Part shown: positions 1 through 9,942 of the stretch, piece by piece
Numbering within the stretch: the stretch's first letter is position 1
Layout of the letters: each line of letters opens with the position of its first letter
NCBI GenBank assembly: GCA_038064675.1
Contig: JBBTSM010000005.1
Coordinates: forward strand, 4,686-68,685
Direction of reading: 5' to 3'
DNA from: Patescibacteria group bacterium
GTDB taxonomy: Bacteria > Patescibacteriota > Patescibacteriia > UBA9934
DNA length: 64,000 nucleotides
Translations under genes and position numbers: made by a program
The notes under the pieces: model-generated
Database searches by the model: none
Seen by the model: the letters and a program-made list of their open reading frames with translations, nothing else
What the model was told of the DNA's origin: nothing

Positions 1-183
1 GTTGCCGATCGTGCAGGCTGACTCGGAAATTCTATCGAGATACATCCGCTTAAGCAGCCCCGGACCGTCCTTTTGATACAAACACACGTTCGCCTTACAC
101 GCAGAACAAAAAATCTCCAAGAGCCTCGACGTCCCACCGCGAGCCTTCTTGAACTTGTCAGATTTTAGCAACGGCTTTTTCAT
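1..183 (-). CDS. Hypothetical protein, partial (runs off window); probable Zn-ribbon protein
   Basis: Manual translation from ATG at 183: MKKPLLKSDKFKKARGGTSRLLEIFCSACKANVCLYQKDGPGLLKRMYLDRI...; CxxC motif; not in ORF track because truncated. Confidence 0.6.
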   Translation of the reverse strand, partial: MKKPLLKSDKFKKARGGTSRLLEIFCSACKANVCLYQKDGPGLLKRMYLDRISESACTIGN

Positions 184-373
184 GAAGGGTCATGATAACA
201 CTTCGGCCCCGATCTGAATCTTCTGCATATCCGCAAACCACGGATTGGTCGCGATGAGACTTTCACAATCGTCGTTTACCGGAACAGTGTTTCAATTTCA
301 CTCATATGAAAAACGCACCTTGTTTTTCGTGGTTTATCACGTATGATCATTCCATCAGTCTTTTTCCAAACAT

Positions 374-772
374 ATGCCGAATCGCGTCGGGCACTTTGAA
401 ATTCATGCAGACGAGCCGGAACGGGCAGTGAAATTCTATTCTGAGGTCTTTGGATGGAAAATTACGAAATGGGAAGGCGGACAAATGGAATACTGGATGG
501 TGGAAAATGGTGGACGCAATGAAGCAGGCGGAATCAATGGCGGAATTGTTCGCCGTCCATGCCCAGCACCAGTCGCAAGCCAGGGGCTCAATGCATTTTG
601 CTGCACAATTGTCGTCGATGATTTCGATGAGCTCATGGCAAAGGCCGTCGAAAACGGCGCAACGGTTGCGATGCCGAAATTCGCGCTCACAGGCATGGCG
701 TGGCAGGGATACTTCATCGATACGGAAGGAAACACGGTCGGACTTCACCAAGCAGATGTGAACGCGAAGTAG
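374..772 (+). CDS. VOC/glyoxalase family protein
   Basis: VGHFEIHADEPERAVKFYSEVFGW and YFIDTEGNTVGLHQ motifs. Confidence 0.9.
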   Translation: MPNRVGHFEIHADEPERAVKFYSEVFGWKITKWEGGQMEYWMVENGGRNEAGGINGGIVRRPCPAPVASQGLNAFCCTIVVDDFDELMAKAVENGATVAMPKFALTGMAWQGYFIDTEGNTVGLHQADVNAK

Positions 773-813
773 TGTTGGTATACTTCGTTTAAGATTCCCT
801 CACTTTTTGCATT

Positions 814-1050
814 ATGATGAACGGATTTGGCCTCTTTGGCACAAACATGGGCATCACCATATTTTCCTTTGGGATGATGGCGCTTATTGTATGGTCATTC
901 ATATGGAAGGGCCTCGCACTATGGCATTCGGCAAAGCGAAAGGAACCGTGGTGGTTCATCGCGATCCTTCTCGTCAACACTGCAGGAATCCTCGAGATCA
1001 TTTATCTCTTCGCGGTTGCAAAGATGAAGCGGGATGAACTGTTCAAATAA
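814..1050 (+). CDS. DUF5652-like small membrane protein
   Basis: WKGLALWHSAKR...WFIAILLVNTAGILEIIYLF pattern. Confidence 0.8.
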   Translation: MMNGFGLFGTNMGITIFSFGMMALIVWSFIWKGLALWHSAKRKEPWWFIAILLVNTAGILEIIYLFAVAKMKRDELFK

Positions 1051-1068
1051 TCTCCAGATTCGATTCGT

Positions 1069-1389
1069 ATGACGATCTCGCCGCGAAAAACCGTCAGTGA
1101 ATTTGTTGTATTCATCAAAGAGCAGGGCGTTGTTGGCCTTGCTGTGGGATTCCTCATCGGCGGCGCAGTCTCAAAACTTGTCAGCGCATTCATCTTAGAC
1201 ATCGTAACGCCACTGGTCGGCCTTGCATTCGGCGCAGTGGGAAGCCTCAAAGAAGCAACGCTCCAGATTGGCACCGCAACTATCGCGTGGGGCGATTTCG
1301 TAAGCACCGGTATCGACTTCATCGTCATCGCCGCAGTCGTCTACATCGGCATTCGACTCTTCGGCATTGAACACGGAACAAAGAAATAA
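1069..1389 (+). CDS. mscL: Large-conductance mechanosensitive channel family protein
   Basis: EFVVFIKEQGVVGLAVGFLIGGAVSKLVSAFILDIVTPL; GDFVSTGIDFIVIA. Confidence 0.85.
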   Translation: MTISPRKTVSEFVVFIKEQGVVGLAVGFLIGGAVSKLVSAFILDIVTPLVGLAFGAVGSLKEATLQIGTATIAWGDFVSTGIDFIVIAAVVYIGIRLFGIEHGTKK

Positions 1390-1420
1390 AAACATCGCGC
1401 CGGAATTGGCGCGATGTTTT
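1388..1420. terminator. Bidirectional intrinsic terminator between convergent genes
   Basis: aaaacatcgcgcc-ggaatt-ggcgcgatgtttt hairpin with A/T tails. Confidence 0.75.
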
Positions 1421-2484
1421 TATTTCCCCATTGCCTTCTTAAACGCATCGACGAATGGAATGCCTTCCGGCCTCACGCCGTTCTTCATTGCAAGGTAATA
1501 GCTCACGAAGCTTCCGAATTGGAGCACTTCGCCAACTTCTTCGAGCGGCTCCTTTCCACTTGTCACATAATCAACCACAGCGATCCCCTGTTCTTCAAGC
1601 ATATCGGCCGTCACGTTCACTCGCTTCTGTGTTCGAACATTGTACAAGCTTGACTGAATGAGGAACGCGACCATCTTTGGTGCGAATGTTTTTGGATGCG
1701 TGAGACCTTCGAGCAAATGGTGATTCAATTCTGGAAGCGCGAAGTATGTTGCGAACTGTTTTGCGGTTTCATTAATCGAATTTGCCAACACATGCGCAGT
1801 ACCAACCAGATGCTCTGCGGCAATAATAATCACCGCAGAATCCGCAAGCGAGCGTGCAACCGTTTTTGCGGGATTTTCTTTTGTTGGAACATCCACCGCG
1901 CAAGAGTCGATCACCTCCCCCATTGCAATGCGCATGAGGTCGATTTCTGCGCCGGTGATTTTCAAAAGCCTTGCGCGTTCGAGCATCCCGAGCAATCCCG
2001 CAAGCGAGAATCCCGTTCCAAGACGTGGCTGTTTTGCGAGCTCGCCAGGATCAAACTGATACATTGGCCATTTGTGCTTTGCCGCGCGCTTTGCCAAATC
2101 GCCACCTGCGGCGATCGCAAAGATCATCGCACCGCGTTTCACCGCATCGTCGCCAGCTGCCAGGACTTCCTCTGTTGTTCCCGAAAAACTCGAAAGCACA
2201 ACAAGCGTCTTTTTATCCACGAATCCTGGAAGCGAGTATCCGTTCACGATAGTAACGGGAACTTTCAATCGATCAAAAAATGCTGTCGTCAACATGTGTG
2301 GGCCAAGTGCCGAACCGCCCATCCCAACAATAACCACCGATGTTGCACGCTTGAACGCCTCAGGAAGATCCAAATCTCGTGTCTCCTCCCATCCAATACG
2401 AATCTGCTCCGGGAGGTGCTCAATGCCGAATCGGATGTCCGAAGTATCTAATGTCGCGTACGTCTTATGACTGTCGAGATTCAT
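1420..2484 (-). CDS. Bifunctional phosphoglucose/phosphomannose isomerase (SIS domains)
   Basis: GMGGSALG, SFSGTTEE, QPR, INETAKQ, LPELNHHLLEGL motifs; start placed at MNLDSH (2484) because the upstream extension is a repeat element. Confidence 0.85.
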   Translation of the reverse strand: MNLDSHKTYATLDTSDIRFGIEHLPEQIRIGWEETRDLDLPEAFKRATSVVIVGMGGSALGPHMLTTAFFDRLKVPVTIVNGYSLPGFVDKKTLVVLSSFSGTTEEVLAAGDDAVKRGAMIFAIAAGGDLAKRAAKHKWPMYQFDPGELAKQPRLGTGFSLAGLLGMLERARLLKITGAEIDLMRIAMGEVIDSCAVDVPTKENPAKTVARSLADSAVIIIAAEHLVGTAHVLANSINETAKQFATYFALPELNHHLLEGLTHPKTFAPKMVAFLIQSSLYNVRTQKRVNVTADMLEEQGIAVVDYVTSGKEPLEEVGEVLQFGSFVSYYLAMKNGVRPEGIPFVDAFKKAMGK

Positions 2485-2487
2485 AGT

Positions 2488-2604
2488 GCTTCCGCATTTG
2501 GTCGATTTTGGGCTTGCGTCATCGTAAACTCGCTCAACGTACCGAGAAGTACGCCTCGCGAGATTTACTCGCCGCGCACCCAAACTCGCCACAAATGAGA
2601 AAGC
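2488..2604. repeat. Fold-back palindromic element, copy 1 (5' UTR of PGI/PMI)
   Basis: Arms gcttccgcatttg / caaatgagaaagc; core ttttggg...cgtaccgagaagtacg...gcacccaaact shared with 3809, 40796, 46917. Confidence 0.85.
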
Positions 2605-2653
2605 CCTGTATCAGTCGATAGTATTCCAGTGTTTTCACGAAATAGCGAGAAAC

Positions 2654-3940
2654 TTATTCACGCGCAGAAATCCGTGCAGTTATAGTAGCACGGCCAGAAA
2701 TATCGCCGATAAGAACGGCGCCAACGATCTTTCCTTTGCGATAAAACTCTTCTACCGATGCGGATTCTGTTGCAACGATCTGTTTCACCTCGTCCGCCGC
2801 TTTCCGATCAACGTCGCCGATGAAGACGATGTGCATGTCAAAGAGATGCGTTGCGTAACTTGAAACGAGATTAAACGGCGCACGTTCGCCGCAGATCGTC
2901 TTCGCAACGGCACGACCTTGCGACTGCGCATTCATCCAGTTGCCGTACACCACATGGCGCGCAACATTTGTATCGAAGAATTCGGCGCAATCACCAATCC
3001 CGTACACCGATGGATGTGCAGTCTCGAGATATTCATTGACGACGACACCGCGTTCGATCTCTATTCCACAATCGCGATAAAACGACTGATCGGCATGCAT
3101 ACCAATTCCGATACCAAGAATCGAGCACGGGATCTCGATGCCAGACGAAAGCTTCACGCCGGTCACATCGCGCTCCCCGAGAATTTCTGGCTCAGCCTCG
3201 TTCGCATGCAATACTGTCCCGCCATCAATAGCCTTCTTCGCAAGAACGTCCTGTGAATGTGCAGAAAGAGTCGAAGACCAAAATCCTCGGCCACGCATCA
3301 CGACATCGCAAGAAATGCCGAAATGTTTAAAAATATTAATGTATTCCAATGCGATGAACCCGCTTCCGTACACCACGCCGCGGCGGTCGCTCTCCGATCG
3401 CATGAGCGTTTCCTTCAAGAGGCCAACGAGTTCATCCGCGTCATCGATGCCGCGAAGATAGGAAACGCCACGAGGCTCGCCGCCGATAACATTCAATTCG
3501 CCGCCACCCGCAAGAATCAATACATCAAACGGGAGTTCGCGGCCTTCCGACGTGCGAACAAATCGATTCGGAATATCAATCAACTCCACACGAATACCGG
3601 CCATCATCTCAATGTGATTCTTTTCGTACCACTCCCACGTTTTCAAAAAAACTTTCTCCCGTGGAATCTTTCCCTTCACATAATGCGGCAACAACACTCG
3701 TGAATACAGCGGATGGTGTTCTTGTTCAAGAATCGTAATCGCAACATCGGCATTCTTTTTGCGGATCTCTTCGGCTGCGGTTGTTCCCGCGATTCCACCA
3801 CCAAGAATGAGAACGCCTTCATTTCGCCCATTTTCGGCTTGCTCCCTCAGCATGATCGACGACGTACCAGGAAGTACGTCTTGACGATCCTGCCTCGGTT
3901 GCGCACCGAAACTGGTCTGAAATGAAAGCGTTCTCGTCAT
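2654..3940 (-). CDS. FAD-dependent oxidoreductase (ferredoxin/rubredoxin reductase-like) with in-frame N-terminal repeat insertion
   Basis: VLILGGGIAGTTAA Rossmann motif, YSRVLLP, GSGFIALE, TAHPSVYGIGDCAE. Confidence 0.85.
   Translation of the reverse strand: MTRTLSFQTSFGAQPRQDRQDVLPGTSSIMLREQAENGRNEGVLILGGGIAGTTAAEEIRKKNADVAITILEQEHHPLYSRVLLPHYVKGKIPREKVFLKTWEWYEKNHIEMMAGIRVELIDIPNRFVRTSEGRELPFDVLILAGGGELNVIGGEPRGVSYLRGIDDADELVGLLKETLMRSESDRRGVVYGSGFIALEYINIFKHFGISCDVVMRGRGFWSSTLSAHSQDVLAKKAIDGGTVLHANEAEPEILGERDVTGVKLSSGIEIPCSILGIGIGMHADQSFYRDCGIEIERGVVVNEYLETAHPSVYGIGDCAEFFDTNVARHVVYGNWMNAQSQGRAVAKTICGERAPFNLVSSYATHLFDMHIVFIGDVDRKAADEVKQIVATESASVEEFYRKGKIVGAVLIGDISGRATITARISARE
3809..3935. 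repeat. Fold-back palindromic element, copy 2 (inside CDS, in frame)
   Basis: Arms gagaacgccttcatttc / gaaatgaaagcgttctc; core ttttcggctt...cgtaccaggaagtacg...gcaccgaaact. Confidence 0.9.
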
Positions 3941-3942
3941 AC

Positions 3943-4212
3943 TTATGTTGTTGGATAGAGCTGCGCACCCGTATCCACATCAAAAACCGTAATTGCAAGC
4001 GTTGGGCACGACTGTGCTCCAAGAATGATGTTTTGCATCTCATCTTCCGTCGCCTCCATAATGCGTTCGTACGCTGGAGCGCCTTCGGCAACGCCGTGGT
4101 CGATAACCTCAGCCTTGTTCTCCGTATTCATCACAAAAGTGTCTGGAGCAATCGTTACACAGCTCGCCGCACCAATACACAGGTCTGGATCGACCACGAT
4201 TCGAAGCTTCAT
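3943..4212 (-). CDS. Ferredoxin, probably [3Fe-4S] type
   Basis: CIGAASC (CxxAxxC) plus distal CP in AQSCPTLAI; start at MKLRIVVD. Confidence 0.85.
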   Translation of the reverse strand: MKLRIVVDPDLCIGAASCVTIAPDTFVMNTENKAEVIDHGVAEGAPAYERIMEATEDEMQNIILGAQSCPTLAITVFDVDTGAQLYPTT

Positions 4213-4254
4213 AGATGGCAACAGGATAGCGAAAATCCCCGTGAAGCGCAAAAA

Positions 4255-5400
4255 CTACCGCATCTTCTCCAGAATCTCCCGAACCGCTGAGATTGCTCGA
4301 TCAATATCGGTCGCCGCAGTTGATCGGCCGAGGGAAAATCGGATACTTCCACCGATGCGGTCGGCAAATAATCCAAGCGCAGCAAGAACATGACTCGGCT
4401 CCGATCCTCCTTTACATGCCGATCCGGTAGAGGCAGCAATTCCTGCTGCGTCGAGGCGCAACACAAGCTCTTCACCCTCAATTCCATCGAACGCGACATT
4501 TGCATTGTTTGGCAAACGACGAATGCGATCGCCGTTTAATGACGTCCCACGGATTTCGAGGAGTCCCTCGATCAGCCGCTCACGAAGCGGCAACAATCGA
4601 CTCGACTCGCGATCTCGCATTGCGACAGATTCGGAAAGCGCCGACGCAAATCCAACAGCTCCGGCGATATTCTCGGTACCAGGCCTACGACCAGATTCCT
4701 GCTTTCCGCCACCGAAGACTGAGCCCCACGGCGCATTTCGTCGAATATACAAGGCTCCAGCGCCCCTTGGTCCGTACACTTTCGGGCTTGAGAGCGTCAA
4801 AAAATCAACGTGAAGCGATTCGACATCGATCTCCAGATAGTTCGGCGCCTGACTCGCATCGGAATGAAAGAGCGGATATACCGACCCACGCTTCTTTCGC
4901 CACGCATCAATCGCCTTTCCAATGTGATGAACGTCGTGAACAACACCAATCTCATTATTCGCCATCATCACCGACACCAACACCGTATCATCACGAAGTG
5001 CGGCGACAATCGCATCTGCGTCAACGTGCCCGCGTTCATCGACGGGAATAATTGTCACATCAGCTCCGGCTGCATGAATCGCGCCAAGAACAGCGGCGTG
5101 CTCTGTTGCAATGGTGACGACGTGTTTTCCCCGCATGAATCCAGCCTTCAGCGCTCCAAACACCGCGAGATTGATGGATTCTGTCGCACCGGAAGTCAGA
5201 ACGATCTCATCACCATGCGCAACAATACATTTTGCAATCGATTCGTGGGCGGCGCGAAGAATGCTCGCAGCCTGCACGCCCTCCGTATGTAAACTCGAAG
5301 GGTTTCCCCATACTCCAGTGAGGATTGGTTCCATCGCCATCCACGCCGTGGAAGAAAGTGGCGTTGCGGCAGCGTAATCAAGGTAAATTCGATCAGGCAT
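4255..5400 (-). CDS. iscS: Cysteine desulfurase (IscS/NifS family)
   Basis: IYLDYAAATP, GNPSSLH, TSGATES, NNEIG, SSPKVYGP, RPGTEN, STGSAC. Confidence 0.92.
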   Translation of the reverse strand: MPDRIYLDYAAATPLSSTAWMAMEPILTGVWGNPSSLHTEGVQAASILRAAHESIAKCIVAHGDEIVLTSGATESINLAVFGALKAGFMRGKHVVTIATEHAAVLGAIHAAGADVTIIPVDERGHVDADAIVAALRDDTVLVSVMMANNEIGVVHDVHHIGKAIDAWRKKRGSVYPLFHSDASQAPNYLEIDVESLHVDFLTLSSPKVYGPRGAGALYIRRNAPWGSVFGGGKQESGRRPGTENIAGAVGFASALSESVAMRDRESSRLLPLRERLIEGLLEIRGTSLNGDRIRRLPNNANVAFDGIEGEELVLRLDAAGIAASTGSACKGGSEPSHVLAALGLFADRIGGSIRFSLGRSTAATDIDRAISAVREILEKMR

Positions 5401-5402
5401 AC

Positions 5403-6398
5403 TTACGATTTACAGCCCCCAAACGTGAATGCGTACATTTTCAGTCCTGCAGTTTTCACCGAAAGCTTCAATGTTGCCCGATGATAATGATCAGCACGAA
5501 TGATGGCGTACATTCGATGGCTCGTGACATGAATATGCGTATTCCCCGCCTCGTCGATCACAACATCTGCGCCCGCCATCGAAGCCGGAACAGGCTCGCC
5601 GTCGATCGTCACGTCAACAACCGCTTCACGGTCGTCGAGGGCGCCCATGACGAGATTTGTTTCGAATGCCGAGTAACTCATCTGGAGATATTCTGTTGCA
5701 AGCGCCAACGTTCGCGTGTGCTCAAGAAACTCTGGGGCAATTCGCCAATGGCCGTACAGATATGGAACGTCGTCAACATGATCAGCTACGTCATCGAACG
5801 CTTCCTCGGTATCGGGAAGCTTGTCGTGCGCATTGCCGATATGGCCACGAAGATAGCCAAGATATATTTCTGGGGTTGTACGATGACACACGCCCCCACT
5901 CCTAGTACTGTCCGGCGCGATCGCTGGCAACGTTGTAACGCCCGCCGCACGAAGCGCGCCTTGAATTGCCATTTCCGTCTGCGCAGCACCACCTTCACCC
6001 TGATGCTCATACACAATCGTTCCAAGACCATCAATTAAAAAGAGATGGGGCCACACGCGGTTTGCATACGAATTCCAAATTGCAAAATCCGGATCGAGAA
6101 CTACCGGATATTCCACACCAAGCTCAGAGACTGCGCGGCGAACATTCTCTTCCTGTTTTTCGAAATCGAACTCCGGCGAGTGCACGCCAATTACCGTCAG
6201 TCCAAGTTTCGCATACGCTTTGTGCCAGCGCTTCAGGTGCGGCAGCGTCCGCAAACAATTCACACAGGAATACGTCCAAAAATCGATCAGCACTGGCTTG
6301 CCCTTTAACGATTTCATCGTCAACGAATCCGAATTCAACCACACCAAGCCCGTTGGGAATTCCGGTGCACGAGTTTTTCCGAACCCACGGAAGGCCAT
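5403..6398 (-). CDS. Redoxin (TlpA/DipZ C-terminal-like) domain protein
   Basis: DFWTYSCVNC, IGVHSPEF, TTPEIYLGY, YAFTFG. Confidence 0.85.
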   Translation of the reverse strand: MAFRGFGKTRAPEFPTGLVWLNSDSLTMKSLKGKPVLIDFWTYSCVNCLRTLPHLKRWHKAYAKLGLTVIGVHSPEFDFEKQEENVRRAVSELGVEYPVVLDPDFAIWNSYANRVWPHLFLIDGLGTIVYEHQGEGGAAQTEMAIQGALRAAGVTTLPAIAPDSTRSGGVCHRTTPEIYLGYLRGHIGNAHDKLPDTEEAFDDVADHVDDVPYLYGHWRIAPEFLEHTRTLALATEYLQMSYSAFETNLVMGALDDREAVVDVTIDGEPVPASMAGADVVIDEAGNTHIHVTSHRMYAIIRADHYHRATLKLSVKTAGLKMYAFTFGGCKS

Positions 6399-6401
6399 AA
6401 G

Positions 6402-7109
6402 CTACAACGAGATTGGCGCATGAAAAATCATAGGAACAAGCACACCAAGCCCGTAACCGATCGCCGCAGCACTTGTTGAAACAATAAACATTTCAAGTCC
6501 CGACCGCCACAGATTCGTACCGGTGAGCTTCGCCTTCAGTACACCGACGAGAAACAACGCAACAAGCGTCATCCCGATCGTCAACGGAATCGCGATGCTG
6601 AACGGAACAAAGAGGTACGGCGCGAAGGTGAAGAACCCGCCCAGTAAATAAAACCCGCCCATAAACATCGCCGCGATAACCGGCGTCGAACTCGTACTTG
6701 GTGCGTACCGATATTCACATCGAGCGACTTCCTTCAGCCAAACTTTGCGCTCACGGCCGATTGCTTCCACCGCTACATCGACCTCACTCTTTGAAAATCC
6801 TTTTCGATGAAACAGATCGGAAAGTGATTCGAGATCGGAGACTCTTTCATGAAGAACTCGCGCGTGATCCTGTTTTGCGCGCTGATCGTAAAGTTCCTTC
6901 GCAGACTTTGACGACAGGTAGCTTCCCGCAGCCATCGAGACCGCTTCAACGAACACCAGAACAACACCAGTGAGAACAACAAAAAATGTGTTGTGCGTGC
7001 CAACCGCGACACCAGTAATTGTCCCCAACGTCGAAACAAGGCTGTCTTCCAGGCCAAAAACAACGTCTCGCACATTTTCGCGCAAACTCCCCCACACGCC
7101 TCCTGCCAT
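6402..7109 (-). CDS. VIT1/CCC1 family iron/manganese transporter
   Basis: RDVVFGLEDSLVSTLG, SMAAGSYLS, multiple TM segments. Confidence 0.88.
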   Translation of the reverse strand: MAGGVWGSLRENVRDVVFGLEDSLVSTLGTITGVAVGTHNTFFVVLTGVVLVFVEAVSMAAGSYLSSKSAKELYDQRAKQDHARVLHERVSDLESLSDLFHRKGFSKSEVDVAVEAIGRERKVWLKEVARCEYRYAPSTSSTPVIAAMFMGGFYLLGGFFTFAPYLFVPFSIAIPLTIGMTLVALFLVGVLKAKLTGTNLWRSGLEMFIVSTSAAAIGYGLGVLVPMIFHAPISL

Positions 7110-7170
7110 ATGCCGTATTTTACCACGAACCCAGTATTATCGACCGAAAAGTATGCTAGAATCCCTTTGT

Positions 7171-7554
7171 ATGGAGTTCTCCACACATTATCCCCCGTTT
7201 GCGGAGAAAACCGTCGTCGTCCTTACCAATACCGAGAAAGCTCGGATTCTTTCTGTTGATGGCCGCGAAGTGACGGAAGTTGAGGAGCTCACAATCAACA
7301 TCCCCGAGATGGCAGACTTCGAAGCACAGAAGACGGCGCAAATTTCGGCACTCGCAAAAAAGGTTTCAAAATCTATCGAAAAACTCCTCGCAAGTTCCTG
7401 CACCGTCGCTATTCTTTGCGTCCCGGAAGTAAACCGCGAACAACTCCTCGCCACAATGAATCCAGACACCGTCGCCAAAATCGCCACCGTCATCCCCAAA
7501 AATCTCTGCGCAATGAAACTTGAGACGGTAATGCGGATTTTGTTGGAGAGTTAG
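7171..7554 (+). CDS. Hypothetical protein (possibly host-attachment/baeRF-like fold)
   Basis: Open frame from MEFSTHY; VVVLTNTEKARIL start resembles host attachment family. Confidence 0.55.
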   Translation: MEFSTHYPPFAEKTVVVLTNTEKARILSVDGREVTEVEELTINIPEMADFEAQKTAQISALAKKVSKSIEKLLASSCTVAILCVPEVNREQLLATMNPDTVAKIATVIPKNLCAMKLETVMRILLES

Positions 7555-7561
7555 GATACTG

Positions 7562-8049
7562 ATGGGGTCAGGTCTTGAATCTATGCATTTTATGATTCGA
7601 AAGCCGGGAGCGAAAGCAATTGTTGTGTATAAAGATAAACTATGCCTCGTTCTTCGCGATAACAATCCAGCGATTGCCCATCCTAACAAATGGAATACGC
7701 CCGGTGGAGCGATCGAGGAAGGCGAACCCCGAAAGACGCAATAATCCGAGAGCTTAAGGAGGAAATCGATCTCGATGCTACCGAAATCATCGAAACTGGG
7801 ATCACAATGTATGCAGACGGCAGCGTTGTGCATCGGTATTTCGTTCCCGTCACTGATGAGCAATTTGCAAAAATTCGACTCGTTCACGAGGGTCAGCGCC
7901 TGGAATGGTTCACGCTCGACGAAGCACTCAAACTCGTCGACACTCCTCACCTTTCCATCTATCTAGAAACACACGTTAACGATATTCGGACACTAATGAA
8001 AGGCGAGCGGGAATTCGAGCTAAGAAATGAGGAGCTCGAACTTCGCTAA
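7562..8049 (+). pseudogene. NUDIX hydrolase split by a one-base frameshift inside the Nudix box
   Basis: One frame gives WNTPGGAIEEGE, the -1 frame continues TPKDAIIRELKEEIDL; one base is missing at ggcgaacccc (~7726). Confidence 0.8.
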
Positions 8050-8078
8050 ATGCATAGATTCAAGACCTGACCCCATTA

Positions 8079-9800
8079 TTATTTCTTCGCTGGTTTCTCC
8101 GCATCAACGAGCCACTGAATGATTCGGAGGTCGTCGTAAGAATATTTTCCTTGGAAATGGTCGAAGACTGGGCGGAGGAAGCGGCCGCGGGTTTTGAGTT
8201 CGATAATGATCGGCGCAACCTCGGCGTGAATGTCTTTGACATCGTTCCGCAGCCGATCGAAGACATTGTTCGGTAACTTGTCGAGCGCGCGGACCTCCTC
8301 AAGATGGCCGACAATTGTTCCAACGGTGCGCGATCGCTCCTTTGCAACATCTGCGATCGATTTTCCATCGATGACAAGCGAGAGCGTTTCCGTCCATTTT
8401 GGTTCTTTCGTTTTCTTTGCCGGCTTCGATGGAAAGTATGCCGAAAGCGCGTCGATCGTTTCACGAATCACCGACTCCTTTTTCCCACCACATGCTTTGA
8501 TAAACGCATCAGCATCGGCTTTCCGGTCCTCCTCGCTCCGATTCGAAATCACCGTCTCCGCTGCAAGCGACTGCGCGCGAAATTCCTCGTCTCTTTCAAG
8601 CACCACAGGATCAACTTCAAGAGCACGCGCATTCAATCCGCCAAGGAAGAGCCCCGCCAATGATCGAACACGAGAAAGCGCGACGTAACCCTGGCCGTAC
8701 GCAAATGCAGTACCAAGGTCGATAAACGCGCCGTCGAGCGACATGCCCTGGCTCTTGTGTACGGTCATTGCCCACGCTAATCGCAGCGGAAGCTGACGAA
8801 GTGTCGCAAGCGGAGCGCCACCGTCTCCATCCACACTCCACATTCCCGGCTCCACACAAATCATTCGGCCAGACTTTAATTGGACGACTGGATATTTTGT
8901 TTCAGCATCGAAATCGACAACGTCAGCGATCGATCCGTTCACGTATCCCTCGGCCGGATTGTTTCGCGTAAACATGACGCGAGCACCAATTTTCAAGGTC
9001 AGTTTTTCCGGCGACAAACACCCGCGCTTCATTTGCTCGACCAATTTTGGATTTCCTGACGAGGTCATGGTGTACGTTTTCTCTTTCGCGAGAAGCATCC
9101 GCAGACGATCGGTGTTGATTCGATCGACGTCCGCGTTGTGCGAGTAGAGTTTTGTGATGTCGCGATCGTCGGACATACATCGACGCGCATGAAGGGCTTC
9201 GACGTGATCCGCAGTGAGCGATCCACGACGGAGTGCGGCAAGGATATCGAGAAAGATCGGATCTTCCTGACGATGTTGCTCCGACAAATAACAGACCGTG
9301 AGATTCGCGTCGTCCCAGCTGCGTGCGGCAAATGCGAATCGTGCAGGAGGCTCATCATGACGAGTCACCGGCGGAAGCTGAAAGAAGTCGCCAACGAGCA
9401 CGATCTGAATGCCACCAAATGGCGCATCGGAATCCTTAAGGGTTCGGCAAACGAGATCAACGGAATCCAGCATCGCAGCATCGAGCATTGAGATCTCGTC
9501 GATAATAAGCACCGATGTTTTGTTCATCCGTGCCATGAGCGCACTGTTCGTTTTTAATTCCCGACACTCCCCTCGCGAAATGTGCTTTCGAATTCCCAAT
9601 CCGCTCCAGGAATGAATCGTCATTCCGCCAATGTGCGTTGCAGCGATTCCTGTGCTTGCCGTCATCGCCGGAGCAACACCGCGTGATTGCAAAAATTTGA
9701 TGTACTCGCGAATGGTGTGACTCTTTCCGGCGCCAGGTTCCCCCGTCAAAAAAACGTTTGCGCCAGTCTTTAAAATATCGAGCGCATCCGCTTGGGTCAT
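8079..9800 (-). CDS. PIF1-family DNA helicase with C-terminal HTH domain
   Basis: GEPGAGKS, ASTGIAA, IIDEISM, GDFFQLPPV, QLPLRLAWAMTVHKSQGMSL, GQGYVALSR. Confidence 0.92.
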   Translation of the reverse strand: MTQADALDILKTGANVFLTGEPGAGKSHTIREYIKFLQSRGVAPAMTASTGIAATHIGGMTIHSWSGLGIRKHISRGECRELKTNSALMARMNKTSVLIIDEISMLDAAMLDSVDLVCRTLKDSDAPFGGIQIVLVGDFFQLPPVTRHDEPPARFAFAARSWDDANLTVCYLSEQHRQEDPIFLDILAALRRGSLTADHVEALHARRCMSDDRDITKLYSHNADVDRINTDRLRMLLAKEKTYTMTSSGNPKLVEQMKRGCLSPEKLTLKIGARVMFTRNNPAEGYVNGSIADVVDFDAETKYPVVQLKSGRMICVEPGMWSVDGDGGAPLATLRQLPLRLAWAMTVHKSQGMSLDGAFIDLGTAFAYGQGYVALSRVRSLAGLFLGGLNARALEVDPVVLERDEEFRAQSLAAETVISNRSEEDRKADADAFIKACGGKKESVIRETIDALSAYFPSKPAKKTKEPKWTETLSLVIDGKSIADVAKERSRTVGTIVGHLEEVRALDKLPNNVFDRLRNDVKDIHAEVAPIIIELKTRGRFLRPVFDHFQGKYSYDDLRIIQWLVDAEKPAKK

Positions 9801-9942
9801 AGTAGGAACATTCTATCGTACATCGCACCTTTCGTAACGCCCAACATCTCATCCCTTTTCCACAATCCTTCCCCCTTTTCAATATCGATAAAGAAGATTG
9901 ATCTCTCCGTATTTTTCTGATACATTCCCATCGTTCAATCTT

